64,000 bases of DNA from Felis catus (GCF_018350175.1 NC_058369.1:15936001-16000000); one strand, 5' to 3'; numbered from the stretch's first letter, positions 22,112 to 36,043 are shown. Notes: generated from the sequence alone by a model not told the origin. Numbers and translations are program-made.

Positions 22112-22162
<51 letters not shown>
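21237..22162. mobile_element. Carnivore L1 3' end with 5' inversion
   Basis: 21237-21647 is antisense ORF2 (track ORF 21206-21574); 21648-22095 is sense ORF2 end and 3' UTR; a (TG)n tract follows. Confidence 0.9.
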
Positions 22163-22164
<2 letters not shown>

Positions 22165-22264
22165 CATCCCACATCTCAAATGGTAAAATATTAAAACTAA
22201 GCCAATAAGGTTCAAAAACCACATATAGATGTCTGCCACTATCATTATAATTTAATATTATCTT

Positions 22265-22470
22265 GGGGGCCTGGGTGGCTCAGTCAATTGAGTGTCTGAC
22301 TCTTAATTTCAGCTCAGGTCATGATCCCAGCATCATGGGATCAAGCCCTGCATCAGGCTCCATGCTGAGTGTGGAGCCTGCTTGAGATTCTCTCTCTCTT
22401 TCCTTCTGCCCCTCTCCTCTGCTCTTTCTCTAAAATAAATAAAATGAAAAAAATTTTAATAAATAAATAA
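22265..22470 (+). mobile_element. CAN-SINE (older)
   Basis: Head, (CT)n and A tail; flanks resemble atttaatattatctt. Confidence 0.9.
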
Positions 22471-23012
22471 AAGAATTTAGTATTATCTTAGAGGGTCTAA
22501 CAAATACAGTAAGTACAACAAGAAAAAACATGGGTAACCCTCTGCATGTTCATATACCCAGAAAACCCAAGAGGAAAAAAAAAAAAAACTTCTAGAACAC
22601 ACGAAAACCAATAGCTTTTCTTTATGCTAGCCATAGTGGCCCAGGAATTCAGAAGTTATAAGAGAAAGATAAGCCTATTTGATTATAGAAGTCTTTCAAA
22701 TTTTTGTAGAACAAAGTAGGCCACAGCAAAGTCAATGTCACAATAATTGTTTGGAAAAACATTATATTTGCACTGACATGGCCAATAAAGCATTAAAATC
22801 GACACTGTAGAGCGTTCTAAAAAATTTGTAAAAGAAAGATAAACAACCCACAGAAACATGTGTTAAAAGTCACACCTTGATGAGATAAGGAATTAGTCTT
22901 TATACCACAGTTAGCAGGTGCCCCCCACCCCCGCCAAATGGTGGCTTCTAGCAAAGCAACTGTGCTAGATCATCTCTTAGATTACAACTCTGCTTTCAAC
23001 GCGTTTTAAGAA

Positions 23013-23224
23013 TTTTTTTTTCAACGTTTATTTATTTTTGGGACAGAGAGAGACAGAGCATGAACGGGGGAGGGGCAGAGAGAGAGGGAGACACAGAATC
23101 GGAAACAGGCTCCAGGCTCTGAGCCATCAGCCCAGAGCCTGACGCGGGGCTCGAACTCCCGGACCGCGAGATCGTGACCTGGCTGAAGTCGGACGCTTAA
23201 CCGACTGCGCCACCCAGGCGCCCC
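23013..23224 (-). mobile_element. Young cat-type CAN-SINE
   Basis: TSD tcaacg(c/t)gttttaa. Confidence 0.97.
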
Positions 23225-24599
23225 TCAACGTGTTTTAAAAAACACTAATGTGATATCATAATAAACAGTAAATAAATAATATCAAAAATAACAATACAAA
23301 GGGGAAAGTGTATGTACCTCCTTTAAACCCCGCCCGCACCACCTGAAATGAGATGCCCTCCAATGCCGGTCTCCTATCTTGTACCAGTCTGTCTTCACTG
23401 TGAAGGAAAATGAGAAACTCTGGTGACCACCCGTTAGGTCTCTGGACCAGTGTTTTCTGGCTCTGGCTTGATAACACCCCCTGTGAATTCCAGTTCATCC
23501 ACACGGGGCCCTGCGATCCTGCTGAGCCATGGAGGACGCTCCCCCCACCTTGCCCTGGGTGTCCTCAGCTTTCTTGATACTCACAATCCTTTGGTGTGGC
23601 CCCAAAGGACAGATCATCTGGATTTGGGATACACATTTGGGTGGTGTCAGTAACCTTGGCCACCAGCCATTTGGGTGGAATCGGAACCTGGGTCAGGACA
23701 TCCTCGTGGACACTGCGTGAGATGCCCCACGTGACATTGTTTCAGGTGCAGCTCAGGGGCCCCTGATCCAGGCCAGTCCCCACTTCCTGCCATTATGGGT
23801 TGATCCACAGATGCCAACTGGGGCAACCTGGACACTGCCTGTTGACATGGGGTGAAGTGAAAGGGTAAGAATCCGTGAGTTTTTAAGCTGCGTCCCGGTC
23901 CCAGCCCATGTGGAGAACCTCCATCACCAGTCCCCTTCCTCCTGGAGGCTGGGTGGGTCTTCCGCAGAAAGCCCAGAAAGTGACAAGAGGGACGGCAGAG
24001 GCCAGGTGTGGTAACAACGGAAGGGGGTTAACAAGGGGGGGATGGGGAAGGCGTGAACAGCCTCTGTGCCCTGGAGGGGGCGGTGCCATGACAAAGGAAG
24101 GTGGGGAGTCTCTCAGGAAAACTGACAAAACCAGGTGACATATCCCGGGAGTGTGTGGGCGTAGAGACTGACAGGGGACAGGGAGAAGTAGACTTTCAGA
24201 CAGCAGGGAGGGAGATGAGTCACAGAGATCATTCAAAACCTGCAAGAAGGAAACGACTTCAAGCCCTTAAAATCAAAGGTTGTTAGTTTCAATCGTTCTA
24301 TAGAAGATAAGACAGAAAGGCGAAGACCAAGCGGGGTGAGGGGATTTAGACACAGGAATTGAAACTGAGGCCGCCTGGGGCAAAGATGCTTTCTTCGAAG
24401 TGCCCTTGCTCCCGGCTCCAGGCCGTGAGACCCTGAAGATCCACTGGGCTGGTTTTATGGTTTTCTGATAGCTCTCCTGGTGCCCACCAGACATTAGCAA
24501 GCGATGTCCGCTGAGCTACGCGTTATGAGACGCACTGGGGAAAAGAGCTACTCTCCCACGTGAAACCATCAGAAAGCAATAAACAACAGTGCTAACTGG

Positions 24600-24780
24600 C
24601 CAGGGCCTCACTCCTCAGCGTGAGGTCGGCGGCCCAGCACCATCCACGTCCCCTGGGAGCTTCTCGGAAAGGCTGAATATCAAGGGCCGCCCCAGACCTA
24701 CTGAATCCGAATCTGTACTTTAGCAAGATCCCCAGACGGCAGGCAGGCACGTTAAGGTTCGAGAAACACGGACAGGCGCT
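24600..24780. mobile_element. MER5A-like hAT-Charlie MITE
   Basis: ccccagacctactgaatccgaatctgtactttagcaagatccccag..aaggttcgagaaacac. Confidence 0.75.
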
Positions 24781-27714
24781 AAGGCAGAGTGCCTGGGGTT
24801 GAGGTCCCACCAAAAGCTCCGTGGACAAACTGGGTGGGCGAACCTCGGATCTGGAGGTCGAATAAACTGAGTAGTGCTAGATTGGGAGAGTGGAGGCAGC
24901 CCTCAAGGCCCGTTTGCACGCTTCGCACGTTTGAACCCAGGGGGACAGCTCCGTCCGGCCTGCCCTCCCCCCGCCCCCCCCCCCCCCAGCCACACACACA
25001 CCCTGCAAACTTCTCTGAGATGTTTGAAGGCAGGAAACGGCTCTGGTTATCAGACGTGAAGCAATACTGGGGAGCCATCTTCACAGCACAGATAAGGAGC
25101 AGGATATCAAGCCCCCCAGCCCTGCCCAGTCACAAGAAATCAATCACCCAAGACTTACTAAAATACAGATTCCCGAAATCTTCCCCTGAAAATTCAGATT
25201 TAGAGAGGTTTGGTGTGTGGCCTTCCATCCGAGTTTTTATCAGGAGCCCCAGGAATTTCATACTTGCAGGCACTACTGTCTTTTAAATCTTCCATTCATG
25301 CCTTGGACGGGACATGTCCTTGAGCTCCCAGGAGACACCTGTCCGGCTCCTCTCCCATATCAGGGTCACATGACCCCAGCCTCACCCTCCGGGGATGGAA
25401 GGAGAGCCGTGGCTCAAGCTCAGAAAGACAATGAGCTGGAAAGTGGGGTGACCTTGAGAGGCAGCCTCTTGTTTCTATAGAAACTACAGAACTGACCCTC
25501 CCCCCCCCCCCACACACATACACAGAAACTGGCCTGGGCTGCCAAGGTCAAGGCTTCAGACTGCCATCCTGTGCTGGCCGTCCACATTCCAGACACATGC
25601 CCAGGGTTTCTCCAAGAGGCCATAGGAATGACCTCGCTGCACCAGGCCTCTCTTTCTCCTACCCACGTGACCTTCCTGTCGGGGAAATTGGGGAGTGTGG
25701 TTGTAAGTAATATACTTCCCCTCTGCAAAGGTGTCCCAGACTGTTACTTTTGCTTTTAGAAAACTCCTAAAAGACAAATTTTCAGCTCATGTAATTCTGA
25801 AAGAAGTTCCCTTCCGCACATACACTAAGAACGGCCCTACTCCCTTAGCAGGGGACGGTCCTCTGGGTCCAGAAAGGGGAGATTAATCTGCACACATTGA
25901 ACGAGGCAGGTGGGGTGGGTGCTGCCCTCCTTCCCCACCTCCCCCACTCGGAACACCCAGTCCTGAATTGTGCGTCCACGGGGCATGGCCAACCTACGCG
26001 GAGGAGTGTTTCATTCTAGAATGGCTCCTTCCGGCGCATGGCCGTTAGGTCCTCCGTAGATTTTGTTTGAGGAGGTGGATGACGTTGACATCGCCCCAGT
26101 AGCTGCTGTGGTGGGCGCCATGAGGCACTAGTTAACAGGTGCTGCAAGAAAAGTAGAACAGGAGGAAGACAAAGGGACTCTCCGGTACCCTAGAAGCTCT
26201 GGAAGCCAGTGGTTTGCCGTGAGATTTACGGAGCCTTCAGTACGTTGATGGGGGACTCTCCGAGGAGGAGGGCTGGTCGACGGGGCTTCCCAAGCTTACT
26301 TAGCCTCATTTTTTGTAAAGATGTTCTTCTGTAAAGTACTTCGAAACCTACTTCCCCATGCCCACATCTTCTCAAAGAAAACCCGTGGAGACATTCCTCG
26401 CCTTGAATCCGGTACAACCTTGCCTGATATTGGTGAGTCCTGAGAATCTGAAACTAGATGCATTTCGCTCGTTTTTCTTGGCTGCAGGACCGGGAGCCAA
26501 ACTGTCAGAGCACCGCTAGCAAGGGTGTGGAACCTCGGAGCACACCCCCTCTGTGGCCTGCAAATACCCTCTGTGATCCGCAGATCACCTCAAATCTTTT
26601 TGCAAACACAACACACACCAGAAAACAACAACACCGCAAGCCCGGGACCCATGATCTGTGACTCACAGCTCCAGGCCTTTGTTTCTAGATAACCAAGATG
26701 TACCAGAACAATGCCCTGAACGTTGGGGGCCAGACACCGGCCACAGCAGGACGAAGCACCCCGCCCTGCTCCACCTGAGTCCCTCCCACCTGTACGCGAC
26801 AGAATCCCAGCCACAAGGGGTGGCTTGACTGGTTATGGCCGCGTCCTGACCAGAATCACGGTTAGCCAGGAAGGACGGTGGGTTTGGGCAGTCAGCTGGG
26901 GTGGGAGATCTGCCGTGTCAGGGACCGCCTCTAATGCCCGAGATGAGTCCAAGATGCAGAAAGCAGGTGGACGGACAGGAAGGGGAGCAGCAGGGCCCAG
27001 AGGGTGGCAGAGCCCAAGGGTTAGGCAGAGCCCCCTGGTGCTGGGAGTCCCGCCGACACAGCCTCAGCTGTCAGACTTCTTGGCACATCTCCTTGGCCGT
27101 AAAGAGTCACGCCCCCTTCCCAGGACAGAGCTCATCCACTGCCTTTGCTCTTCAGGGGTGTTTCTGAGACCCCTCCGGCAGCCCAGGCTCTCCCTCCCCC
27201 CAGTCCTGCTTCCTGCCCTTCCTTCCCCCCAGGTTAGCCCTGGGGAGCGGGAGGGGAGGCACAGCCTGAACCAGGAACAAGCCACGTCTTTCCTTTTCGT
27301 TCAACCTAACAGGCCTCTCTGCTGAAGTCAGGGCACGTTTCTGAGGCCCCGAGCTGGTGCTGGGAGTGCAAGGGGTGGGCGGATACAAACACCAAGTGTC
27401 ACCACCCCCTCTTCCCACTCAAGGAGCCCACAGGCTCAGGCTCATGCAAAGGGGCTGCGAACACACGCGGGAAAGATACCACACAAAACACCGTAGGGCA
27501 AACATAAGGTCCAGCGGACGCTCTGGGGAAGGTGTTATCGCCAGCGTGGACTGTGCGGGGACAGGGATTAGGAAATTGGGAGGTGCTTCACGGGGGAGGG
27601 AGCCTTGGAAACGGCATCGGAGGAAGACAGGGCAGAACAGCACTCCAGACAGGGCCGTGCCCGGAGGGTGGCGACAGATCCAGCCGGGCCCGAGTGGGAA
27701 GTGAAATTGAGCAC

Positions 27715-27850
27715 CAGTTAAGAACACGAGCTTCTGAGTCAGACGGCCGGGGGGCTCGCCTCCCAGCTCTGCGGCCTCTGAGAGAGGGACGTGGCGAGGG
27801 TTACTTACTTCTGACGACCACGACTCTGTCATCTGTAAAATAGCGAGGAC
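27715..27850 (+). mobile_element. MIR fragment
   Basis: gttaagaacacgagcttctgagtcagac..cccagctct..tcatctgtaaaat. Confidence 0.6.
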
Positions 27851-29047
27851 ACGTCCCTGCTGGGAGCCGAGCCATCCCAGCCTGAGTGGCAAGGCCCGGG
27901 CTGTGGACAGATTGGTGACTGCAGGGCGGTCCGCCAACAGTGAAGCTTCTTGTACTCCCGCTTTTAGGTAATTTGGCCTTAAAACTACCTGGGGTATTGT
28001 CTGTTGGGGAATTGCCCTGACAGGCCCCCTGGGAGAAGAACCATTAGGAAAGAAAAGAAGGTTCCGCAAGAAATTGTGCGGCCTTACGTTTAGCCCTTGC
28101 CATCCCCTATGGAGACTCCTCTACTTACAGGAACGAAAGCCTCATACAATTGCCAGCAAAGAGGGCCTGTAAAGGAGACACATAAGGATTTGAAAGCCTC
28201 ACTCCGGCAACTAAGGAGTGTATCTCTGGGCACAGGTGACTTCAACCCCTAGACCCACCTGGCCCCCCCCGGAGGCATTCCAGATGATGACTGAACCTAG
28301 TCGGTTAAGCTACAGAATGGTTCATTAATTCCTAGGTGCACTGTCTCTCTGAGAATGTATGAGGCATGGGTTTCTAAGGCTTTTTCGGCCCCTTCCTGGC
28401 ACCTCGGACCGAGGCAAACACATTGTTCTTCTGGCCTCATGTGGTTAGGAGGTCATGTCCCTGTAACTGACCTGAGAAATGGAGGGCCTTTCCTGCGAAC
28501 CGCAAAGCAAGTGCTTTATAGACTATAGATAATTACAGATACACGCAGATGCATAATGGAATAATGAGAGAAATTAATCAATAATCAAAGGGCATGCGGG
28601 AACATTAGGAGTAAATCGCCATGTTACCTCTTAAAGGTTGATGACCCACAGGAACATTTTTAAAATCAGGTAATGTTAGAAAAACATAGATGACGTATGC
28701 GACGAGGAAGTCACTGGCAAATGTAATGCCACGTTCGCTACAAGAAATCGGCCAGTTCAACACACTGCTGTGGTCTGTGTTCATTTCTATTTTAGTTTTG
28801 GTTTTTTATTTTAGTTTTTCATTTTTAGTTTTTTTTATTTTACTTTTGTTTTATTTTCACCGACGCCGTTCTTCCTTCGGGAACCCCTGGTTGCCGGAGC
28901 CGGTCTCCGGCGCGTCCCCTTGTCCCCAAGGGGTTCTTGTGGGGATCAAGTAGTTATACTCTGTAGAGCAGTGCATAGATGCCTGGAACAGCATTGGCCT
29001 CACTGATGATCATACAAGCAGAAATACTGACGACGTGGCCATTTAAG

Positions 29048-29250
29048 CCAGTGGTTCTCAAAGTTAGGTTCCCACAGTTAGGTTCTCAAAGTTAGGTTCC
29101 TGTTATCAGGGGGCTTGTTCAGAGATACAGATTCTCGGGCTCCCACCGCAGACCTACTGAGTCAGAAATTTTAGAGGCGGCACCCGGTAGTGTATTTTAA
29201 TCAGCCCTCCGGGGAAACTGAGGTGCACTCAGAACTTGAAACCTGCTGGT
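29048..29250. mobile_element. MER5A-like MITE
   Basis: cagtggttctcaaagt..cagattctcgggctcccacc..agacctactgagtcagaa. Confidence 0.75.
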
Positions 29251-29334
29251 TTGGGCCAACAGAGGAATAGGTTTTAAGGATATGGGGGGGCCCTTCGGGG
29301 GATCCGAGGGCAGAGGTAAAACAGGACCTCGAAG

Positions 29335-29505
29335 GGGCGCCTGGGTGGCCCAGCCGGTTAGGCCTCCGACTCTTGATTTCCGCTCAGGTCATGATCTCTC
29401 GGTTCGTGGGTTCGAGCCCCACATCGAGCTTTGGATTCTCTCTCTCCCTCTCTCTCTGCTCCTCCCCCCACTCACGCTCTCTCTGTCTCTCTCAAAATAA
29501 ACTTA
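29335..29505 (+). mobile_element. CAN-SINE with internal deletion
   Basis: Head and (CT)n tail. Confidence 0.9.
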
Positions 29506-31451
29506 CAATAAAACGGGTAGCCAAGACGGGAGCCCAGGGCAACAGGCGCCTCCGCTCTCCTCTTACCCTCCACTCCACTCCTCCTGTAGCTGCAAAGGAG
29601 GATCCTGTGTGTCTCCTTCCACCGGCTGAGGGTTTCTGCCACACAGAGCGGCCAGGCCGAAAGAGGCTCAACGCTTAGCCTGGGGTTCCAGGTCGCTCTG
29701 GAAACACCTCACCGGCCCCGCCAGAGGCCGACTGAGGCACTGGATCCGAGCACAGTGCCCCTTCCCCACTCCCCACCCCCCACCCAAGTGGATGGGAGTA
29801 AGTGTGAGTCCACGGGGTCTCCGGTGCTGGGAATGCCAGGCAGGTGCATGGGGAAGAGGTCAAGGCGAGGGAGGGAAATTTAGGAGTTACAGGCTTTGCG
29901 CCCAGTGCTACCCAGCAGGGGTATCCGCCACGTGCTGTTAGAAAACCAGTCTGGGCCTCCCCCCTGCCCCACCCCAGACCCACGGAACCAGAAGCTCTCC
30001 AGTGGGCCTGCCGGGTTGTGCTTTACAGCAAAGACAAGTCTGAGAACCGCTGTCAGAGCGGGCTCAGAAAAGGTGCAAAAACCCCCGTGGATGAGAGAGA
30101 CGAATCATTTCTATAACCTTGCCCATCTTTCACCCCACTTCCTTAGAGTCATAACGAAATTGGCAGAAGAGAAACTAGAAGAAAAAACATCCCGGGTGGT
30201 GACTCCCCCTTCACTTTTCTCGCCTTAACGCCGTGTGCAAAGCACGAGCCGACTTCCCAATTCCACCCTCCGACCAGCAGGGCCGATCTTTCCTCCGCAC
30301 TTTCGGGGAAACCGAGGCCCCCAGGGGTCACATGCCACGGCCGATGTCTCGCATTCATTGACGGAGGCAGGGCCGAAGCTCGGGCCTCCGGGCTTCAACC
30401 TCTCATGGCGAAAAATGGAACTTTTCTCGGTCAACGAGAGACGTCACTGAGAAGGTAGATCAGAGGAAGCCAGCCCCCGCGAGGCCTGTGTGAAGAATAG
30501 AGAGCGATACAGAAGCAGCCAGTGGCGTTAGCATGAGGGTTGTGTCTACCGTGTCATTACGTGGAATCCCCGACCAGAATTGTCAACCGACATCCACTCT
30601 CAAGCCTTAGATCCCACCATTATAATTATTAAGGGCTTTTCATGCACAAGACCAACAGGCGAGTCTAAACCCATGGCGACCTCAAGATTAGAATATTCAC
30701 AAGGCTTTGATGAGAAAGGGAAGGAGAGAAGGAGGCATTTTGCAGAGCCACAGCCAAAGAAAACGGCAGCCCCGAGGTTTTTCGATTTAAATGGATCTGT
30801 AAAATATCCAACAGAGGAAAATAGCTAAAACACTGCAGAGAGAGATGTGAAAATGATCTGTTTTACAGGCTGACCTTTGTGAAACTGCAGAAAGAAAAAT
30901 ATTCTCAGCAGTCAATGTGTCAGCCTCAGTAAAAGGAAATAGCAAGTCAAGCTTGAATTAGGGTGGCTCAGTGTGGCCTGTGTGGGGTGCAGAAAGAGGT
31001 GAACAAACAAAAAACAAACAAAAAAGTTTAACAAGGATAAAAGAGGAAGCAGACTGAACGGAAGCAAAGACATCTTTGGCTGCTCTCAGCTCTGGGTTTT
31101 AGCAGAGGAAAAGGGGTGGGCAAGGACAGTTGCACAGGTTGTGCCCTGAGCAATGCTGGAACTTGATGTATATGTTTATTGTAACTACCTGGCACCTCAT
31201 TTATTTAAAAAAAAATGACTTGGGTTCTTTCCAAATAATTCCTGTATTTTCTTTATAAAGTCCTTAACTTAGGAGATACAACCAACCATTTAGACTCACT
31301 ATCTTGCTGCCAGGACGTGATAGAACATTGTGAGTGACCAGATCTGCTCTCAGGAAGAGGTACCAACTATACGGCAGCATTTTTCTACTTCTGGAGCTGG
31401 AGTCAAAACTCTCCTTACTATTATTATGATTTTTAAAAATTTCATTTTGTT

Positions 31452-31614
31452 GGGGTGCCTGGGTGGCTCCATTGGTGAAGCGTCCGACTTCGGCTCGGGT
31501 CATGATCTCACAGTTCATGAGTTTGAGTCCCACATCAGGCTTTGTGTTGACAGCTCTGAGCCTGGAGCTTGCTTCAGATTCTGTGTCTCCCACTGTGCCC
31601 CACCCCTGCTTGGA

Positions 31615-31662
<48 letters not shown>

Positions 31663-32599
31663 CTCTCTCTGTCTCTCAAAAGTAAATAGGCATTAATAAA
31701 AAAGATATTTTTAAATTTCATCTTGTTTATTTCTGCAACTAATATTCTCAAGATCTCTGGATTTGCCTTTTTTTTTTTTTTTTTTTTTTTACCTCATTCC
31801 AAGATACCTCCAAGCTCTACATGATGCGGAATGGTCAGACCACTTCACTCTTAGAAATCCTTCTCAGGGGCCCCTGGGTGGCTCAGCCGGTTAAGTGCCC
31901 AACTTCAGCTTAGGTCATGATCTCATGGTTCGTGAGTTCGAGCCCCACGTCGGGCTCTGTGCTGACAGCTCAGAGCCTGGAGCCTGTTTAGGATTCTGTG
32001 TCTCCCTCTCTCTGTGCCCCTCCCTCGCTTGTGCTCTGTGTCTCTCTCTCTCTCTCTCAAAAATAAATACAAACATTAAAAAAAAAAATTAAGCAAACAG
32101 AAAAAGTGGCCTCCTCACTTCCACAAGGGACAGGAAAGGAAGGCTGCTGGCCCCGGGAGAAGTTGGTTTCCCACAAGTACACACTGAAGGGAGGCGACCT
32201 GTTTGCTGTTGGAAAATCTCTCACCTACCCCATTGGCAGTGCGTGGGGGTGAGGCCAGGGCTTAGTTAGTTACTATCAGTTAATATCAGCTGCTTAGTTA
32301 ATATCTGCTTAGTTAATATCAGTCATGTGGCCTGCGGCTATATCCGGGATTTGACCCCTTCACCCCACCTCCGTTGTTACTTTCCCCTAACTTGTTTCTC
32401 CACTTCTGTGTGCCTTAACAGGCTATGCCCAATGCGGCTGCCAGAGTGACCCCATTAAAACATCAGTCCCGGGGCGCCTGGGTGTCTCAGTCAGACGTGC
32501 GACTTTGGCTCAGGTCATGATTTCACAGTTTGTGGGTTTGATCCCCACACCGGGCTCTGCACTGGCAGCACGGAATCCGCTTGGGGTTCTCTCTCTCCC

Positions 32600-32633
<34 letters not shown>

Positions 32634-32660
32634 AAAATACAAATAAACCAAAAAAAAATT
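31452..32660 (+). mobile_element. Three separate CAN-SINEs (31452-31705, 31867-32090, 32470-32660)
   Basis: Each has a gggg..cctgggtg head, (CT)n and an A tail. Confidence 0.92.
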
Positions 32661-33334
32661 TTTAAGAGGATTTTTAATCTTTACTAATCAGATGGGTGAG
32701 AAATGTCAGCCCAATACTGTTTCAGTTTATATTTTCTTGACTATGATGGAAACTTAGCATAGTTGCATGTTTATTGACCATTTATATATCAGTCTGGAAA
32801 TCCACTGGGTAGAGGGGATATTTTAATAATTCCATTTCTTAAAAAGTTTATTCTGTTTTTATATTTTTCAGGAGTTAATTCTGGCAATGGTATGATTTTC
32901 TAGGAAACCATCCGTTTTGTCCCTATTTCCAAATGTATTGGCATAAAGCACTCCAGGTTATTGTCTTATGATGGTTTTTCTCTGTTCTATGTAGGTATAT
33001 ATTTCGTGGTGGTTGCTAATATTGCTAATTTGTGCCTTTTCTTCTCCCCCCCCCCCCACTTCATTGTCTTGCTAGAGGTCGGAAAATTAAAACCAAATAG
33101 CCTCAGGTCAGATTTGCCACCAAATGAGTTATGAACTCACGTTTCGGTTTTCAGAATCTTTTGGATTTCAGAATTGGAGACCTCATGGTTGTTTTCATTT
33201 TCATGCAACTCTTATTCCTTGGTGACTTTTGTTCTGCTTTTATTTTTAAATGATGGTACATTTAGAAACGTATTTTGGGGGTTCCAAAAACATGCTTTTG
33301 TGTGTTTTTTTGAATTTATATAAAGATTAAAAAA

Positions 33335-33385
33335 ATGTTTTAAGTGTATTTATTTGAGAGAGAGAGAGTGCAGGAGGGGCAGAGA

Positions 33386-33423
<38 letters not shown>

Positions 33424-33750
33424 CCCAAGCAGGCTCTGCACTGTCAGCACAGAGCCCGATGTGGGGCTTGAACTCATAAACCGTGAGATCATGACCTGAG
33501 CCAAAATCGAGAGTCAGACGCTTAACCTGCTGAACCACCCAGGTGCCCCCTTTAAATTTTTTTTTAAATGTTTATTTATTTTTGAGAGAGAGAGGCGGGG
33601 GAGAGGGGCAGAGAGAGAGGGAGCCAGAATCTAAAGCAGACTCCAGGCTCTGAGTTGTCAGCACAGAGCCCGAGACAGGACTTGAACTCACAAACCATGA
33701 GATCTGAGCCGAAGTCGGATGCTTAACCGACTGAGCCACCCAGGTGCCCC
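33335..33750 (-). mobile_element. Two tandem CAN-SINEs
   Basis: Copies at 33335-33550 and 33557-33750. Confidence 0.93.
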
Positions 33751-34554
33751 AAGATGGTTTTTAATTTAATAAACCGCAGTCGGGGAATGCGGTCTGTGCA
33801 ATACCATTTTGTTCATATTTGCTAATAACTTTATTATGAACTTGTACGTGGTCAACTTTTATCAGAGTTCCCTGTTATAGTCTCAGCTTCAGAGATCCCC
33901 AGCCGGTGAACCATGAATGGGCTGTGTATGTGTCTCAACACGTGGATTTCTTCAGTGCTCGACACAGATGGGTGGGGCCTTATCATGAGCAATCTCCCCT
34001 GGGGTTCCTGGCAGACAGCCCCTCATCCAGGAAGCTCACCTGGTAACCCCCATGGGCAGCAAGAACACGACCTCCGCGCAGCCTTTGCAGTCTGTGGTCA
34101 TGGGCTGGGCCCCCGCCAGGAGACATCTCTGGGGGCCATCCACGACTCCAGCCAGCTGCAGAGCTCCTGGCTCCCCATCAAGGGCATGGGGGTCTGTGGA
34201 ATTACAGGACAGCTTGTTCATGGTCCAGGTGCCCAGGATATGGGGAACAGCCAAGGCCTCTGGTTGGTAGAGGTCGGGGGCCAGGCAGGCTCCATCTGCT
34301 TATTTGTGGCATCCGAACCGGCTGCAGGGGTGACTGTTCTGACAACGAATGCATGATTCGTAAAGTGGAATTGCACCAGGTTTTAAACTCGTAGTATAAA
34401 GCATCTGGCTGCCTTTGACAGTTGTGTGTATCTCAGTATGACAAGAAATGTCAACATGACATTTGTTAACGAAAGCCAAAGAACGACTAGATTCCTCAGG
34501 TATAATTTCAGCTGTTGCAAAAGTTTGCGTCGTTGTGAACATTTTGCTTTCATT

Positions 34555-34762
34555 TTTTGTTAATATTTTTTTGAGAGAGGCAGAGAGACAGAGGGTGGGC
34601 AGGGGAGGGGCATAGAGAGAGAGGGAGACACAGAATCCGAAGCAGGCTCCAGGCTCCTAGCTGTCAGCACGGAGCCCGACGCGGGGCTCGAACTCACAGA
34701 CTGTGAGATCGTGACCTGAGCCGAAGTCGAACACCTAACCGATTGAGCCACCCAGGCGCCCC
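34555..34762 (-). mobile_element. CAN-SINE
   Basis: Antisense head and (AG)n. Confidence 0.94.
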
Positions 34763-35309
34763 TGCTTTTGTTCTTATTACCTGCTCGAGTGAAGAAAGTT
34801 TCTCACTGATGGTGATGATAACAATTTGTAATTATTGTCATCAAAAATCCTGCTCTGCAATGCGTCCAGCAGCCTCAAGCAGAAATGATGAGAAAAGCTT
34901 ATGTCTATAGGAGCAACCTCATTTCTCATTTAAAAATGGGAAGATACTTTGTTTGTAAAACTTGTAAAAAGTTAATATTTAATACTTCATAATACTTACA
35001 CCCAATGATTATAATAAGATCATTTTTACAGTGTAAAAATCAAGTAATAAAAATTATAAAATAAAATTAGAAGAATAACTCCTAATCAATTATATAATTG
35101 TGAATTTTACATTGCTCATTGTAACTATAATATCAACAAAATGAAAATTGCTTTCTTAATGGGTCATTCCTGTAATATTATTTAGCTTTCTTCTTTTCTT
35201 AATGATTTTGCCTTAAATTCTATTTTGATCTTCTACCTCAGCGTTTTTTTTTTTTTTCTTTTGGTTACTTTTTTTTCCAGGGTAAGCAGTGCCTGATAAT
35301 TTATGACTC

Positions 35310-35445
35310 TTTTTTTTTTTTTTTTTTAAGTAGGCTTCCCACCCAGCACGGAGCTCCGCTTGGGGCTCGAACTCACGACCCTGAGACCAAGACCCGAACT
35401 GAGGTCAAGAATCAGACGCTCAACCAACTGAGCCACCCAGGTATC
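35310..35445 (-). mobile_element. Short old CAN-SINE
   Basis: ttttaagtaggcttcc..actgagccacccagg. Confidence 0.85.
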
Positions 35446-35729
35446 CTAATTTATGTCTTTTGATAGTGATGCCAACCCATTTACTTTTTGCCATTTTTTT
35501 ATGAGTATTGATATGATCAGACTGACTCTAGCCATCCTATTTTGTTCCCATTCGCCAACTTCTCCCTTTTAGCTCATTCTTAAATCCCCTTCCCCATCTT
35601 TAGAGTTTGTTTCTTTCTCCTCTGATATTTTTGGAAGCTATATACGATACTTAATTCTCTTTGCAGTTCCTCTTATGTTTTTATTTTTTTGCAGTAAAAC
35701 CACCTATTTTTTTATTAAAAAAAATTTTT

Positions 35730-35890
35730 TTTAATACAAGTTAGTTAACATACAGAGCAGTATAGTTTCAGGAGTAGAACCCAGTGCTTCATCACTTACA
35801 TACAACACCCAGTGCTCATCCCAACAAGTGCCCTCTTTAATTCCCATCACCCATTTAGCCCATCCCCCCCCCACTCCCCTCCATCAACCC
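35730..35890 (-). mobile_element. Carnivore L1 3' terminal fragment
   Basis: tacaacacccagtgctcatcccaacaagtgccctc.. is the same 3' UTR motif as at 18930. Confidence 0.8.
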
Positions 35891-36043
35891 TTTGTTGGGT
35901 TTTCTTTGTTTCTTTGTTAAGAAACTTCCAAACTTTTTTCAGGATGGCTGTGACATTTTACTGTGTTGTCACCAGCATTTGATTTGGGCCGATCTGATAG
36001 GTATTTAATGATAGCTCATTGTGACTTAATTTGGATTTCCCAT

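Noticed and set aside
23440..23850. Possible ERVL/MaLR internal remnant
   Set aside because: The resemblance is too vague to assign without a search.
26723..28069. ORFs of 200 and 216 aa in GC-rich DNA
   Set aside because: No recognisable domain, partial overlap with a MIR, and expected by chance at this GC content.
32260..32322. Short tandem ttagttaatatc repeats (similar small duplications at 29053-29100 and 41881-41932)
   Set aside because: Ordinary slippage duplications with no unique spacers; not CRISPR-like.
34360..34900. Possible hAT transposase remnant
   Set aside because: No terminal inverted repeat or convincing translated motif seen.
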